Part shown: one piece after another, positions 12,295 to 26,260 of the stretch
How the letters are laid out: every line of letters begins with the position of its first letter
Numbering within the stretch: the stretch's first letter is position 1
DNA from: Octopus vulgaris
Taxonomy: Eukaryota
Assembly (NCBI GenBank): GCA_951406725.2
Contig: OX597814.1
Location: 45,446,001-45,510,000, forward strand
Direction of reading: 5' to 3'
DNA length: 64,000 bases
Notes under the pieces: generated by a model
What the model was told of the DNA's origin: nothing
What the model saw: only the letters and a program-made list of their open reading frames with translations
Database searches by the model: none
Program-made: the position numbers and the translations under genes

Positions 12295-15200
12295 TGTATA
12301 TAGTTTTCGGCAGCTTAATGGGCCGATGTACACGGCGACCACTACAAGTCGAAGTGACGTATGTAGATGGAGGAGGGATCGGTGTATGTGATGGTGTTGA
12401 TGGTGGTTGCAGTGGAGTAGCGTTTGTTTTATGTTGTACTGTGAATTTGGGAGGTGTATGAGGTGATATTGTATCACTGTCTGTGTATAACCGCTTAAGC
12501 CTATCTATTGAGACAGTTTCCTTTTTACCATTAATGTCTATGGTATATAGTTTGTCTCTGTGCGATAGAGTCCCGTGTATGGAGATGTGAGAGGGGTTTT
12601 CACAGCGTCGTTTCGTAGAAATACATGGGTCCAAGAATCAATGCCTTTTGGAACTGATGATTTAGTGGTTTGGTGTCGTGTTGACATGGGCGGCAGTTCT
12701 TGTATGTATTTGCGAAGTCTGTGTATGTATATAGTGGGGTCTTGTGTAGGCAGATCTACTGGTGCCAACATCTGGCCTGGCAACAAAACAGGTGTGCCAT
12801 AAACAAGTTCTGCTGAGGAGTAACCGAGATCCTCCTTTATCGAGGCTCGACAGCCAAGAAGGACTATTGGAAGATATTCGCTACAACGCTGCCGATCTGA
12901 GTAAGCACGCAAAGCAGCTTTCATTTGACGTTGGAATTGTTCCACCATACCGTTGGATTGTGGATGGTAACTGATGGTTCGAATCCGACGTGCACCTATG
13001 GTCTTTGTAAACTCATGGAAGAGTTGCAATTCAAACTGTTTTCCACGGTCGGTAGTGATGGTGGGACGGACTCCGTACTGTGATATCCATCCTGTGAGGA
13101 AAGGTTTGGCAACAGATTCTGCAGTGATATCCACTAAAGGAATAGCTTCCGGCCGACGTGTGAAACGCTCAATGCAGGTGAGCAAGTAGGTATATCCCTG
13201 GCTGACTGGCCAAGGTCCAACAAGGTTGATGTGCACATGGTTGAAACGCACATCTGGTATGTTGAATGTGCCAAGGGGTGCACGGATGTGCCTATGCACC
13301 TTTGACTTCTGGCAGAAAAGACAGGAGCGTGATCAAGCAGTGATGTCTCGTCTCATATTTGACCAAAAGACTCTAGCCTAAATGAGTTTCACTGTGGCGG
13401 TGACGCCAAGGTGTGACAGGTTAGGCAGTGCGCTGAAGACTGTTTGTATGTGGGTCTCCGGAACAAAAGGACGAGGAGAACTCGTGAAAGTATCGCACAA
13501 AATCTATGCGTCAGCTGTGGGTACTGGGAAGTACTTGAAGTTGCATGTGGAAAAGGCAGGTGAGGATATATCAATTGCCTCTAAGCGAGGTTGATCTTTA
13601 GCCAGGAGATGCAGGTCGATATCTGAGTGATGACAGTGAATTCAGTGGTAGGCGCGATAAGGCGTCTGCTGCAGTGTTATCTACACCAGAAATATGGCGG
13701 ATGTCGGCGGTCAATTGGGAAATGAAATCCAAGTGCCTGGTTTCCCGCTGAGAGTACTTGTCAGGCTTCGAGCGCAGGGCAAAAGTGAGTGAACGGTGGC
13801 CCGTAAAAATCGTCAATTGGCATCCCTCGAGTGTGTGCCGTAAATATTTGGCTGCTAAATGCATAGCTAACAGCTCCCGCCCGAAAGTGCTGTGGCGAGT
13901 TTCAGCTGGTCTAAGCTGCCGAGAGAAAAAGGTAAGAGGCTGGAGTTGTTGCTGGTGAAATTGTTGTAATACCGCGCCTATGGGAGTGTTGGATGCATCC
14001 TCTACAGGGGATAGCTGAGCGTCCGCAACAGGGTGAGCAAGAAGCGATGCCTGAGCAAGTTGCTGCTTTGCTGTGTTGAAGGAGTCAAGTTGGGTGGAGT
14101 CCAACGTTATCGACTCATTCCTCTTTTTACTATTCCGAAGGAGTGTGCTTAGCAGATATAGGATTTCATCTGAATGAGGAACAAAGCGCCAATAGAAGTT
14201 GAATAGTCCCAAGAAATGTCGGAGCTGACGTAACGAGGTGGGTGGAGATAACTCCTGCATTGCCTTCACCTTGTCAGGCAGTGGCGATATGTCTTCGGGG
14301 CTGATGACGTGACCTAGGAAGGTCAAAGAAGATACGCCGAAAACACATTTGGTAGGATTGATCCGCACTTGGTAAGTCTTGAACCGCCCAAACAGCTGAC
14401 GTACATGATGGAGATGTTCTTCGAGTGAGGCGCTAGCTATCAAGATGTCGTCGATGTACGCATAGACGAAGTCTAAGTGTCGGACGACTTCGTCTATGAA
14501 CCTTTGAAATGTGCTGGTTGAATTCCGTAATGTCCTGGTTGAAATGTGCTAGTTGAATTCCATAGTTCGGAATTCGAAAGCGCCAAAAGGAGTGGTTACG
14601 GCAGCCGTTGAAATATCCTCTGGATTCACAGGAATCTGATGGTATGCCTTAACCAAGTCCATTTTGGTGAGTACTCTGCAGTTGTGGAGAGATGACGCAA
14701 AATCCTAAATGTAGAGTGTTGGGTACCCGTCTGGCACCGTGATGGAGTATAATCTCCTGTAGTCACTAGTGGGTCGTCAGTCCTCGGAACGCTTTGGAAC
14801 CATGGGCAAGGGCGACGCTCAGGGGCTATTAGAGGGGCGGATGATGCATGTGGTTAAATTCTGCCTTGACCGCATTTAGCTTCTCCGAGGAGAGACGGTG
14901 AGGTCGAGAAAAAACCGGCTTCGATGAAATGGGTGGTGGTGTGAGTTGGAGAAGCAATAAAAAAATTTAGGTTAGTCAGCTCCGGATATGAGTTTAAAAG
15001 TGTAGGGTATGAGTCGTCCGTGACAGCAATGAAAAAGACTGGACTTACCGCAGAGGTTAGTGGCCTTTTACCTGGGATAGAAAGTTCTGTGGTTGCGTCC
15101 CATAAGCGCCGAGTGCGTATATCCATAAGAAGGTGTAAGTGGTGCAAAAGGTCTGCACCTAATATTGGTAAAGGAGATCTGCGACTGTAAAAATCCACTT

Positions 15201-15480
15201 AAAGTCACGTCGCAAATCTAAATCCAACGAACGAGATATCTGACCGAAAGTTGGAATCAGTGAATGGTTCGCCGCCTGTAGAGTCACTGGTGATAACAGC
15301 AGTTTATCCGCGAGGAGTTTTAACGGCCAGATACTGCAGGCAGCACCTGTATCTACGAGGCAGCGGGCGTGGGATATCCGATCTGTTATGAAAAATGCAC
15401 GGCTGGCCGCTGGCTGCTGCAGAGAATGTGCCGTGCTCAATTCTTTGGTTGGGCGTTTTCCCGTCGAGAAAAGTGCAGAG
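12295..15480 (-). mobile_element. Ty3/Gypsy LTR-retrotransposon pol remnant (protease-RT-RNase H-integrase), with frameshifts and stops
   Basis: LVDTGA protease (~15350), YIDD RT motif (~14450), RNase H DAS..IGAVL / ELLA / ADALSR, and integrase HINLVGP / TDRG / YHPQSNGMVE, in Gypsy order. LTRs were not identified. Confidence 0.93.
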
Positions 15481-15849
15481 TTGGGTACAGTTATGTACTG
15501 AAGCTCCAAACCAACATATGGATGAATGAGCAGAGGACGAGCGACGGCGAGGCGAGAGGCATTTCGTCCGTCTTTACGTTCTGAGTTCAAATTCCGCCGA
15601 GGTTAGCTTTACCTTTCATCCTTTCAGGGTCGATATAATCACCTTGGTCCCTCCACCGACATTGCTTGCCTTGTGCCAAAATTTTGAAATATTAGAAAGA
15701 AAATAAAAACAATATTTAAAGACTTTTTGCATCAAGGTACTTCGCACATGAAGGAACTACACACAATACAGTTTGGAAAAAGTAGATGCATTCTAACAGT
15801 TGTGGTTGCTGTTGCTTAGCTCCAGATCAGTACCAGTAATGGTTCGTTT

Positions 15850-17563
15850 CTATATACTTCATCTTTGATAAATCAGCTATTTTGAAGTTTAATCAAGCAG
15901 GGCACCGTATCAGTGACCTGCACAGACCATTCGAGATCGATTAGGTGGAAGCTGTTTGAAATTTTGTAAATCGACGTCTGTAGGAAAAAACTAGGTAGGA
16001 AGGAAATTCCAGAGGGTTGACACTCTTTATGAGTAAGGATTTAGCATATGTGGTTAATGAGGATCGGTGGAGGGGTAGAGTATGGTAAATACTGTCAAGT
16101 GAGTCTGGATCGATGAATTACGTAATTGTTAGTTCCAACATGCGGAGACTATTGTAGTAGTATTATTACAGGTAGAATAGAGGGATGGCAGTATAATCAG
16201 CCCAAAGAAGTTAACGTTTCTCGTGAACAGTTCCAAGTCGACGGCAGCAGGAAAAACATGCTTAAGGGTAAAATTTCTAAGTGGCCGACGCTCTGGCGAG
16301 GAAAATTGAACGTAATGATTAGTGAAAAGCCTTGGTGAGGGGAGTAAGCTTGAGTGACGAAAGGAAGATATAACAAGAGCGAGTCGGAAATGTCTGAGTA
16401 GAGGTGGCATGAGGCAAGTAACCTCTGAAACGTAGACGTCACTCTATTAATTGTGGTAGATGAAGAGTCGGAAAGAGGAGACAGTGGATCTATGGAACAG
16501 AAGTTGGTGTGAGTGTGTGAGAGAGAGAGAGGCCTTAATGTCAGCCAGTCGAGTAACCGTTTGGTGGATGTTTGTGTGCGTAGTAGCTGCAGCGTCCCAG
16601 ATGTTTGAGCAGTACTTTGGGTCACAGTTAAACTTAATAGGTTAGAATTTGTTGGAAATTGAAGCATTTTCTGGCCCTGAAGAAGAATGCTGATCTTTTT
16701 GATGCAGTCTCTACAAAGGTGAATGTGTATTTTCGTTGGCGAGATCATCAGTAAATGCTGACATCTAGCATGTGTATCAATCAGCCTTGAAGGTTATAAT
16801 CGCGTGTTCATATTTAGGGAGAGATGCGATAATGTTGTGTGTAATATGTGTAGTGATAAGGTCTTTGTGGTGTTGCAGGAGACAAGAATAGTTATCACCC
16901 CACTGAAGGATCTAGTATGATGATGGGATTGTGTCTTTGCTAATTGGTTGAATAGCTTTCTTACAGATGCAGTAGAGAATGTTGGAAGGAGAGCAGCAGC
17001 ACCGTCCCAAGTGTGAAATTATTCCGTTGTGGATCTTACTCGGGTTTGCTACAGAGTTTGTAGCTGATCAGAGCGGAAGCATTTCGTATTCTTGGAGAGA
17101 AGAAAAGTATTCTTATATATTCACTTCCGGTATTGTTTCGGGTGTGAATTCACCAAAGGGGATCATAAGAGATTGTGAAACCTAGCATTAATAGTTACTG
17201 CGTGTTGCCCAAGAGTAGAGATGGTGAGGTACAAGACTGCTTCCTTCGTATGTCCAGGGATTCTGTTGTGTCTTTGTGCTACAAGAAGAAACAAAATTGT
17301 CATGCCTTATTAGAGGATGATTTCGAGCTATCTGTTCGCAGAGGATATATAGATTTGACATAAGATGCCTACGTCACAAAGAGTTGATGTCTGTGTGCAA
17401 AAGGATATGTTGAGAGAACCTTGACATATCTGAGTACGAATAAGCGCTGTTGGTGGTGGCAGCATTCAGATCGTTAATGTACAGTGTGGTGGGCCTTTTT
17501 TCAAACATTGGATTGTGGATCAGAAGAGAGTAGTGACAGAGCGAGAGAGAGAGAGAGAGAGAG

Positions 17564-17637
<74 letters not shown>

Positions 17638-18530
17638 TGAGAGACGGGCAGAGCCAGTACACTGGAAGTTTTGATAGGAGACCCGCATGCCAGACATGGT
17701 TGAAGACTATGCTAACGTGGAGAGCAACAATATTGCTTTTACCGGACTTCTCTAAGGTGAAAACCCACTGGTGAGTGACATGAGAGATGAGGTCGCCAGT
17801 GTACTGGTGATCACTGTAGAAAGTGAGAGATTCGAGATCTTGGAGAGCTTTATTGATTATGGCCGTCTTCGTTACCATAGAGATGTTAGAGATAAGAGCA
17901 ATATGACGATAATTGTCTGAGTCAGAGGGGTTGACTTTCATTGGAATGAGATACACTGAGACATGTTTCCAAATGTCAGGTAATATCCCTGTGGAGAATG
18001 AGATATAAAAGTAATTGGTGAGTATATGAGCAAGTTCTGATGCGCAGTGTTGGAGTGTAAGAAAAAAGTCATTTTCAGGGCCTGTGGTTTTGTTTGTTTG
18101 GAACAATTGAAGGTATTTCTGCAACTGGCATGTGTAAGTGGAGTGGAGAGCCTATTGAAGTGGTATGGGGGAGATTTGGAGGGGATTGGCCAAGTGTATG
18201 TAGTATGGAGTTCGATGCAAAATGTGTAGCTAAGGTGGAGGCTTTCTTTATTGGGAGTACTCCTTACAAAAGTCATCATTGTTTAAAATTGGAGGAAAAC
18301 AGGTTTTCACAAAGTTGACAGGGACCAAAAAGATCAGCAGCAATTTGAGAGATGGAAAAGCTTAAGGGCAGTGTGATGCGTGAAGGCGGTTTTTTTTTTT
18401 TTTTGCATCTCGGTTAATGATGTTACAATAAATGCGTTGCTGGGTGGACGCCACCCAGTTTTGGAAATCAGGTAAGATTCTCCAGGCATTGTAGACTTTA
18501 TTTTTTTGTCCAAACTGCAGCAACTCAACT
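15850..18530 (-). mobile_element. CR1/L2-group LINE, RT and C-terminal part, degenerate
   Basis: PDIWKH..V..IP...NYRHIALIS and VAL..S..FNHVWHAGLLSKL RT motifs; interrupted by a (CA)n/(CT)n tract. Confidence 0.85.
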
Positions 18531-18689
18531 ACGAGTCTTAAGGTCTTAGGGTTTTGGGACTTAGAGATTCACTTTTTCTCCTTATTTTCGTATTGTTCAT
18601 CCGAATGTAAATCCTTTCTACTGGGCAGAGAAGATCCTCTTTTTTGGTTCGCCTACTGGAATAGGCGCACTACGCGACTATATGAACCT

Positions 18690-19108
18690 TGTATGCTTTT
18701 TGTATTCGGACTAGGTCTCCAACTCGAGAGATTTTCCGACCATTCTACGTAACATCGCACTCAACACTTTCATCAGTGCAAAAAAACAATAACTCCAAAC
18801 CCCTTGGCCAATTTTCCATCCTCTTTTCAAACATCCGGGGACTTCTCTCCAAACTACTCCCTACTCGTCACATCTTACAACCAACCACATTTCTTGTTTC
18901 TTTTTGAGGCGCAAATTTCTCAACCTCCATCTACTACTCATCTCTGCCATCCAGGATATGCTTTCTCCTCAAATTTCACTCCAACAAATGATGTCTGACA
19001 TAAGCAAACGCTACTCTCCCGATCTATTTCTCTAACCTGGATTTCAGCTATAACGACTTATAACTTCTCTAGCACGAAGTCTCTTCACTCGTTCCTCCAA
19101 TCACATCT

Positions 19109-19206
<98 letters not shown>

Positions 19207-19625
19207 GCTCTCCGAACGTCTCCAACCACCAATAATACTCTGGTCTTTTCTCCTCCTGAGAACATCTATTTTACTTCTCCTTTCTCCGAAGTCATCATCC
19301 TTAGTGACTTCAATGTTCACATCTCATCATTCTCACACTGACCCTACACTGGTGTTGTCGGTGCAGAAGCCGAATCTTTCGCTGTTCTCAACTCATTGTA
19401 CCAACATGTTTGATCTACTCAGACTCCACTCCAGACTGATACACAGAACGCCACGCTCATACTTGATTTCTTTCTCACCGTGACCGTTTCTCCCTCTAAC
19501 AGATCGTCCAACCACTGTCCCATTGCAACTGCCCAACGCACAATAACATACAACTCAGCATCCCACTTCCACCGGACAATTTTACGCTTTAAGTCAGCCA
19601 ACTGATCGGAACTCAGTCAGTTTTA
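18690..19625 (+). mobile_element. LINE apurinic-endonuclease domain fragment (inverted relative to the adjacent RT)
   Basis: [18 protein letters not shown] and LDFFLT APE motifs. Confidence 0.75.
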
Positions 19626-20433
19626 TGTCACAGAACTTCGGACTCATAATCATGAGGTGGTGAGTTCAAATCCCAGACTGGGTTGTGTGTTGTGTTCTTG
19701 AGCAAAACACTTTATTTCACGTTGCTCCAGTTCATTCAGCTGTAGAAATAAGTTACGACATCGCTGGTGCCAAGCTGTATCCGCCTTTGCCTTTCCCTTG
19801 GAGGATGATATTGGTGGCATGGAGAGGGGAGGCTGCTGGTCTTCCATAAACAACCTTCCATAAACAATCCAGTGCGTATTTTTTTAAGTCTGGTACTTAT
19901 TTCATCGATTTCTTTGCTGAACCGCTTGATCAGAGGGATGTAAACAAACATCAGTTGCAACGTGTTGGGAAGGAAACACAGAAATATGCACACACACACA
20001 CACACACACACACATGCGCGTGCCTGGCTTCCACACAGTTTCTATCTACCGAATTCACTTACAAGGCATTGGTCGGGAGGAGAAAAGATTAGTGTACTGC
20101 AGAGAGAGAAGAGGATAGTTCATCACTCCATTTTAACTCTCAATAGCCATTTTTTTTTTATCTTCCTTGTTTTACCCCAAGGATACCGCTGACTCGGGAT
20201 GTTTTTCTTCATGTATTATACCGAGAGGGTTTTGGATTTCTGTGTGAATTTTGGAGGACATTATTCGACGAGAAATATTGGCGTTTGTTTCAAGTCAAAC
20301 ATCAGCGCTTGCGTGTGTGTGTGTGTGTGAGGGTAAAAGAAAGACAGACGAACGGACAGACAAACAGACAGACAGGCAAGCAGGCAGACAGACAGACACA
20401 GACCCCTGTCATCACACTATAGTTACTATAAAT

Positions 20434-20673
20434 TAGTGTTTTTCAACCATTTTTTTTTTACCTGTGGACGCTTTTGATTCATGTTTTACTTCCCCACCAC
20501 CACCACCACCACCATTGCCATTCGATGTCTAAAATAACCTAATATATTTTTAAATATTAAGAATTATATAAACAAAGTTGTTAAAATATTTTGTATACTG
20601 TAGAAATACAGCCATTTTATTGCAGATAAATTTTAACAACAAAATCTTTATGAATTCCAGTTGTGAACCGCTG
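20434..20673. mobile_element. hAT-type MITE, degenerate
   Basis: tagtgtttttcaac...gttgtgaaccgctg termini; flanks ctataaat/ctatagag resemble a decayed 8-bp TSD. Confidence 0.5.
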
Positions 20674-22127
20674 CTATAGAGTATGATTAGGGAAGAAGTT
20701 TCAACTCAAAGAGATGAGACAGGCGCGGTCCCAGGAATTTTTCGAAGGAAGAAAGGGGTTACAATTCCAGGAGAAAATTGTGTAATAATATTATTTGGAA
20801 GGGCGCACTTCTTTTCTTGCGGGGAGCCCGTGCCCTCGGTACCCACCCATCCTAGGTTCGCCCCTGGGAAAGGTGGATGAAACCTACAAATGGGTAGTTT
20901 AGCTCAGAAATTCTCGTACTGGACACGACCAAATGTTTTGCTGATGTCAAGTACAAAACCATTCCTTTCGCTGAATTCTTTAAAGGTGACGAATTTCCGT
21001 CACTCGCGAGCATGCATGGCTTAGTAACATGAGCCATACTTTCACTAATTGATTTAGGTGCTTATATAGTCAAGAGCAGACTCCTCTCGGCCCTCCCACT
21101 CTGGACCCAGCGGATTATCCAGCGAGGAGAGGCGGCTGCACCAGAACCAGGCTGGTGCTCTTTGCAGATGAGTAGAGCGGAGTATCATGAAGTCCGTTGC
21201 TCAAGGACACAACGCGCCGTTCTTTCCAGGAACTGAACCTATGAATATGAGCTGAATACTCTAACCACCAGGTTATGCATCTTCACACATTTAGCGTAAA
21301 GCCACAGGTTACATACAACTGTCCATTCCACTGATGGTTAATAAATCAGGTGAAAATACTGATTTCAAATTTTAGCACAGGGTGTAATTTTGGAGAGGTG
21401 GAGTTAAATCGATTACATTGACCTCAGTGCTCAACTGGTACTTATTTTATCGATCCCGAAAGGATGAAAGGCAAAGTCGACCTCGGCCGCTAAGCATTTT
21501 GCCCAGCGCAATAACGGTTCTGCCAGTTCATCGCCTTCAATGGGTTTAAAATAATGATTACAAAAGCACAAATTTTGTCATATAAAGCAACACAGTTAAA
21601 ATTAGCCACCAAATATCCCCAAAAGTAACACCCTAATGTCTTTTTTAAATATCCTCAATACACTGTCTGACAAGTAAGGCAGGGTAGCCACAGCTGGAAT
21701 ATCTTTGATGATAGGTATCCTCGATCAGAGATGATTTGGGGCTAAATAATTCGTTCTAATTTTGGCACAAGGCAGTAATTTTGAGGCAGAGAGCTGATTA
21801 CATCGACCCCATTGCTCAATTGGTACTTATTTTATTGACTCCCGAAACGATGAAAAACAAAGTCGACGGTTGGTGGAATTTGAACTCCAAACGTAAAGCC
21901 GGAAAATTCATCTAAGCATTTTGTCCAGCGTGCTAACGATTCTTCCAACTTGCCGCCTTCTAATAATCATTTCTGCACAAGGCTTGAAAGTTAGAAAGCG
22001 GGACCTAGTCGGTTACATCTGCCCATTTCTTAACAGGTACTTTATTTCATCGACCCTGAATGGACGAAAAATAAAGTTGACCTCGGGGGTATTTGAACTC
22101 AGAAAGTAAAGAATCAGAAGAAATGCC

Positions 22128-22557
22128 GGATCTTTTCGGTTTGAACGGCAGTTTTTAACATAATTTCTAGGTAACTAAAAAATTTTAAACTTCGTATACT
22201 GGTAGAATGTGTTTATAAAACATCTTTTTCTCTTGGCTTTATTGAGAAAATTCTATAGTTTGTAAGATATTTGTTGTTTTTTTTTCTTCAATTTCTGCAA
22301 TTTCAACCAATCAGTATCGTCTATTGAGGTAAAAAAGACATTCTGTGCCGTATGAATATGTCCCTCGTTTAAGAAACAGATTGGGTTTATTTACATTTGT
22401 GAAGAAAAAAAGATACCCTTCCCCCCACCCCTAACCCTAACTAACCCTAACCCTAAAACAGATTGAAATGCAATAGATCGATACTAGGGTCATAATTATG
22501 GGTGACAATTTCATATGACACCGCTAGAAAAAACTGCCGTTCAAACCGAAAAGATCC
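22128..22557. mobile_element. MITE with perfect 29-bp TIR (GGATCTTTTCGGTTTGAACGGCAGTTTTT) and internal (CCCTAA)n
   Basis: TIRs are directly visible; AAATGCC is duplicated on both sides; the element splits a SINE. Confidence 0.9.
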
Positions 22558-22706
22558 AAATGCCGCTAAGCATTTGTCCGACGCGCTAACGATTCTGCCT
22601 GCTCGCTGCCTTTTAGGGGCTAAATAATAACTAACAAATAAATAACTAATAAATAATAATAAATAATATATTAATAATAATAATAAAAATAAATAATAAT
22701 AATAAC

Positions 22707-22744
<38 letters not shown>

Positions 22745-22745
<1 letters not shown>

Positions 22746-23140
22746 CTTTATATATAAAAGTAAGGTTGTGTGTCTGTCTCCTACGATTTAGATTCCCAAC
22801 TACTCCCACATTTTGCGGTGCAGTTTAACCAAAACCGGGTATCTTATAGTCGTGATTCATATCGAGCCTGTCTGGGTATTAGCGCGCGTCTACGATGAGT
22901 CTACGATTAAAAAGAAAATTTACCATAATTTTTTTTCCATTTTAATGCATTTTTTCCCTATTATATAAGGGAAGTAACTCTCTAAAAATGTCTACGATGA
23001 GTCAACGATTAAAAAAAAATTACCATAATTTTTTTTCCATTTTTAATGCATTTTTTGCTATTTTTTGGCTATAACTCTCTAAAAATGCTTATATAGTTAT
23101 TTCCCTTACAAATCCGAGCAACGCCGGGCGATACTGCTAG
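22745..23140 (+). mobile_element. Non-autonomous Helitron-like element
   Basis: 5' TC and 3' CTAG, inserted between A and T, with a subterminal GC hairpin (ccgagcaacgccgg). Confidence 0.8.
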
Positions 23141-24984
23141 TAACTAATAAATAATAATAGCAAGCACGCAGTTCGAATAAAGAGGTAGGGTTAATAACAT
23201 AACAGCATTTTTGATAATATTGAAAGTAATAATCCTCATTAGAATCATCATAAGCAACAACACAACTATAATGAAAACGGCGATGGCGTATATGAAGAAA
23301 TGCTGGTTTTTGATTTGGGCACAAGGTCAGCTATGTTGGGGCGAGAGGGGCTCAGTCTATCACATACATACCAGTTAATGCACTGAAAAGAGGGGGGGAG
23401 AATAAAAAAAGAGTCAGGTGTTTTATGTTTAGTTTTTTTTTAAATATTGAAAAATAGAAGAACAACTGTAGATAATGTATATAATGTATATAACGTGGCT
23501 GTGTGGTAAGTAGCTTGTTTACCAACCACATCGTTCCGGGTTCAGTCCCACTGCGTGACACCTTGGGCAAGTGTCATCTACTATAGCCTCGGGCCGACCA
23601 ATGCCTTGTGAGTGGATTTGGTAGACGGAAACTGAAAAGAAGCCCGTCGTATATATGTATATATATATATATATATGCGTGTGTGTGTTTGTGTGTCTGT
23701 GTTTGTCCCCCTAGCATTGCTTGACAACCGATGCTGGTGTGTTTATGTCCCCGTTACTTAGCGGTTCGGCAAAAGAGACCGATAATATAAGTACTGGGCT
23801 TACAAAAAGAATAAGTCCCGGGATCGAGTTGCTCGATTAAAGGCGGTGCTCCAGCATGGCCGCAGTCAAATGACTGAAACAAGTAAAAGAGTAAAAGAGT
23901 AAAAGAGTAAAAGAGTAACGGTTCAAATTCTTGCAAGGTATGTAACACGATAATTAACTGTTGATAAAAATGGACTGTAAAAAAGGTTAATGGTACTGCA
24001 TGTGATGAGGGGCGCATGCAGCCATTCATAACCTCATTGTTATATAATCATCTCATTCATATTCGTTTTAGGTATTCTCCCCTCTGTGGTGTCCTATCTG
24101 TCCTTGTTTGTCCCCCCTCTATTTTGAGCCCTTGTAGCTACTAAAGAAATAGCACTGATATTTTATTTTATTTTATCGACCCTGAAAGGATGAAAGGCAA
24201 AGTTGACTTCGGCAAGATTTGAACTCAGAGCCTGAACAAACACCGCAAGGCACTTCTCCGACGCTGCGTACAGATACTCGATAACGGTAGCTATAAAGTA
24301 TAACAGCAGCAGCAGCAATAATACAAGTTGTTACAACATTTATCTCAGTAACGAAATCAACAACTCCCCCACATATACACAACGATGACGACAACGACGG
24401 GAACAACAACAATCACATCTGTCAAAATCGGAAAGCTTCAACATAATAAAAACAAATATTTGATAAGATACTAAAGATACTATACTAGAAAAACGATAAA
24501 ATAGACTCGCCTAATACTTCTTATTTATAAATCGGGACGAGTCCAACTGATTAATTAGGTGAATGGATGCGAAAATGGGAACAGCCCAAACCGAGAGTGG
24601 TTTGCACTTTTAAAAACGAAAAATCACTATAAATTTGGCTAAATGTACTTGTGAAGTTTAGCGACAGCCGAGGAACTGCACTTTTGTTATTCACGTATAT
24701 TTTCCTCGTTACTTTAAAGTTCTATTGAACTGGAAGAAACCATTATGGGAAAATATATACAACACAACTACATTTACCATATGTAATTCAGATAGGTGGT
24801 GTTTTCTGAGTGACGCACGAGAAAAATTCTTAATGAATGAAGAGAAGAAAAAAACAACAACAATTGTAAAGGAATCTCTACGAAAAGGTCGGGGGTACAC
24901 TTTGAAGAAATAAGCGGCTTATTTCATAGAAAATTGATCTTATCAGCGTAGTATATAGATACTTGAATTGAAATTCGACGTTCA

Positions 24985-25008
24985 TCTCTGTGTGTGTGTG
25001 TGTACATA

Positions 25009-25045
<37 letters not shown>

Positions 25046-25575
25046 CTGTGTGTGTGTGTGTGTGTAAGTATATGTATATAAGTATATATTTATTATGTTT
25101 GTATGAACGTCAAATTTCAATTCAAGTATCTATATATATATATATATATACATACTCACACACACACATATACACATACATACAACCGCATACACATACA
25201 CACATGTATATACATGAATATTTATATGTAAATAGACAATCCATGCACACATATAGACATAAATTCACACACACCTATATATTTGCATATATATATACTT
25301 AGGTATGTATAGGAATATTCACACATTTATACATACACACATATATATATACTGACATATATATATATATATATATGCACATATGTCCATGTATATATAT
25401 ATATTTATACACATATATGCATACATACACACACACATATATACATTTATCCTTGTGTATATATGTATACACATACATACATACATACATACATACATAC
25501 ATACATACATACATACATACATACATACATACATACATACATACATACATACATACATACATTTTATATATATAA
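24985..25575. repeat. (TG)/(TA)/(CATA)n compound microsatellite
   Basis: Directly visible. Confidence 0.9.
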
Positions 25576-26260
25576 GTGCTTGTGTTTCATTTGAAAAGTA
25601 TTAGGAAACGAAACTCTAGGACTCTGAGTAACGCCTAGGTAGTGCCAACTAATAAACAGCAACATACTTTCTGTGTTTTTATCTATTGGACTCTTTTACT
25701 TTTTATAAACCAAATGTACTTTTATGTATAGTTCAAACACATACAAACTCACACACACAAAGATGATTGCAGTCTTCCAATTAAGTTAAGCAAAAGGAAA
25801 CAAAAAAAAAAAAACAAATGAGTAAAGAGTATGAAGACATAAAGATATTTATTTTCCCTCCACCTTTTTCATTGCCTCTCTCTCTCACTCTCTTATTTTC
25901 TCATTTACATTATTGTAGTAATTTGTGTTAGTTTTTTTTCCATTTTATATTATTATTGTTTTACTGGTTTTAGTCATTGGGCTGCAGACATACAGTGCAG
26001 CACCTTCAAGTGTGTAGTCAATCATATAGCCCCTAACCAAATAACATACCTCAGGCAGTCCCATTGAACTACTAAAGTGTAAGGCATAAAGAAATACAAC
26101 ATAGCATCGATTTTAACATTGTTGTAAACAAGGACAAACATACACACACACACAAACACAATATAGTGTGGTTTTTTTGGGAGTTTTTTTCGGGAAGTGG
26201 GGTTACAGCTTGTCTGGCAGATTCCACTTACCAGCCCAACTCAGTCTAAGAAAATATTTG

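Noticed and set aside
12538-14443. Active or domesticated Gypsy gene
   Set aside because: There are multiple stops and frameshifts between domains, no gag or LTRs were identified, and SINEs are inserted at both ends.
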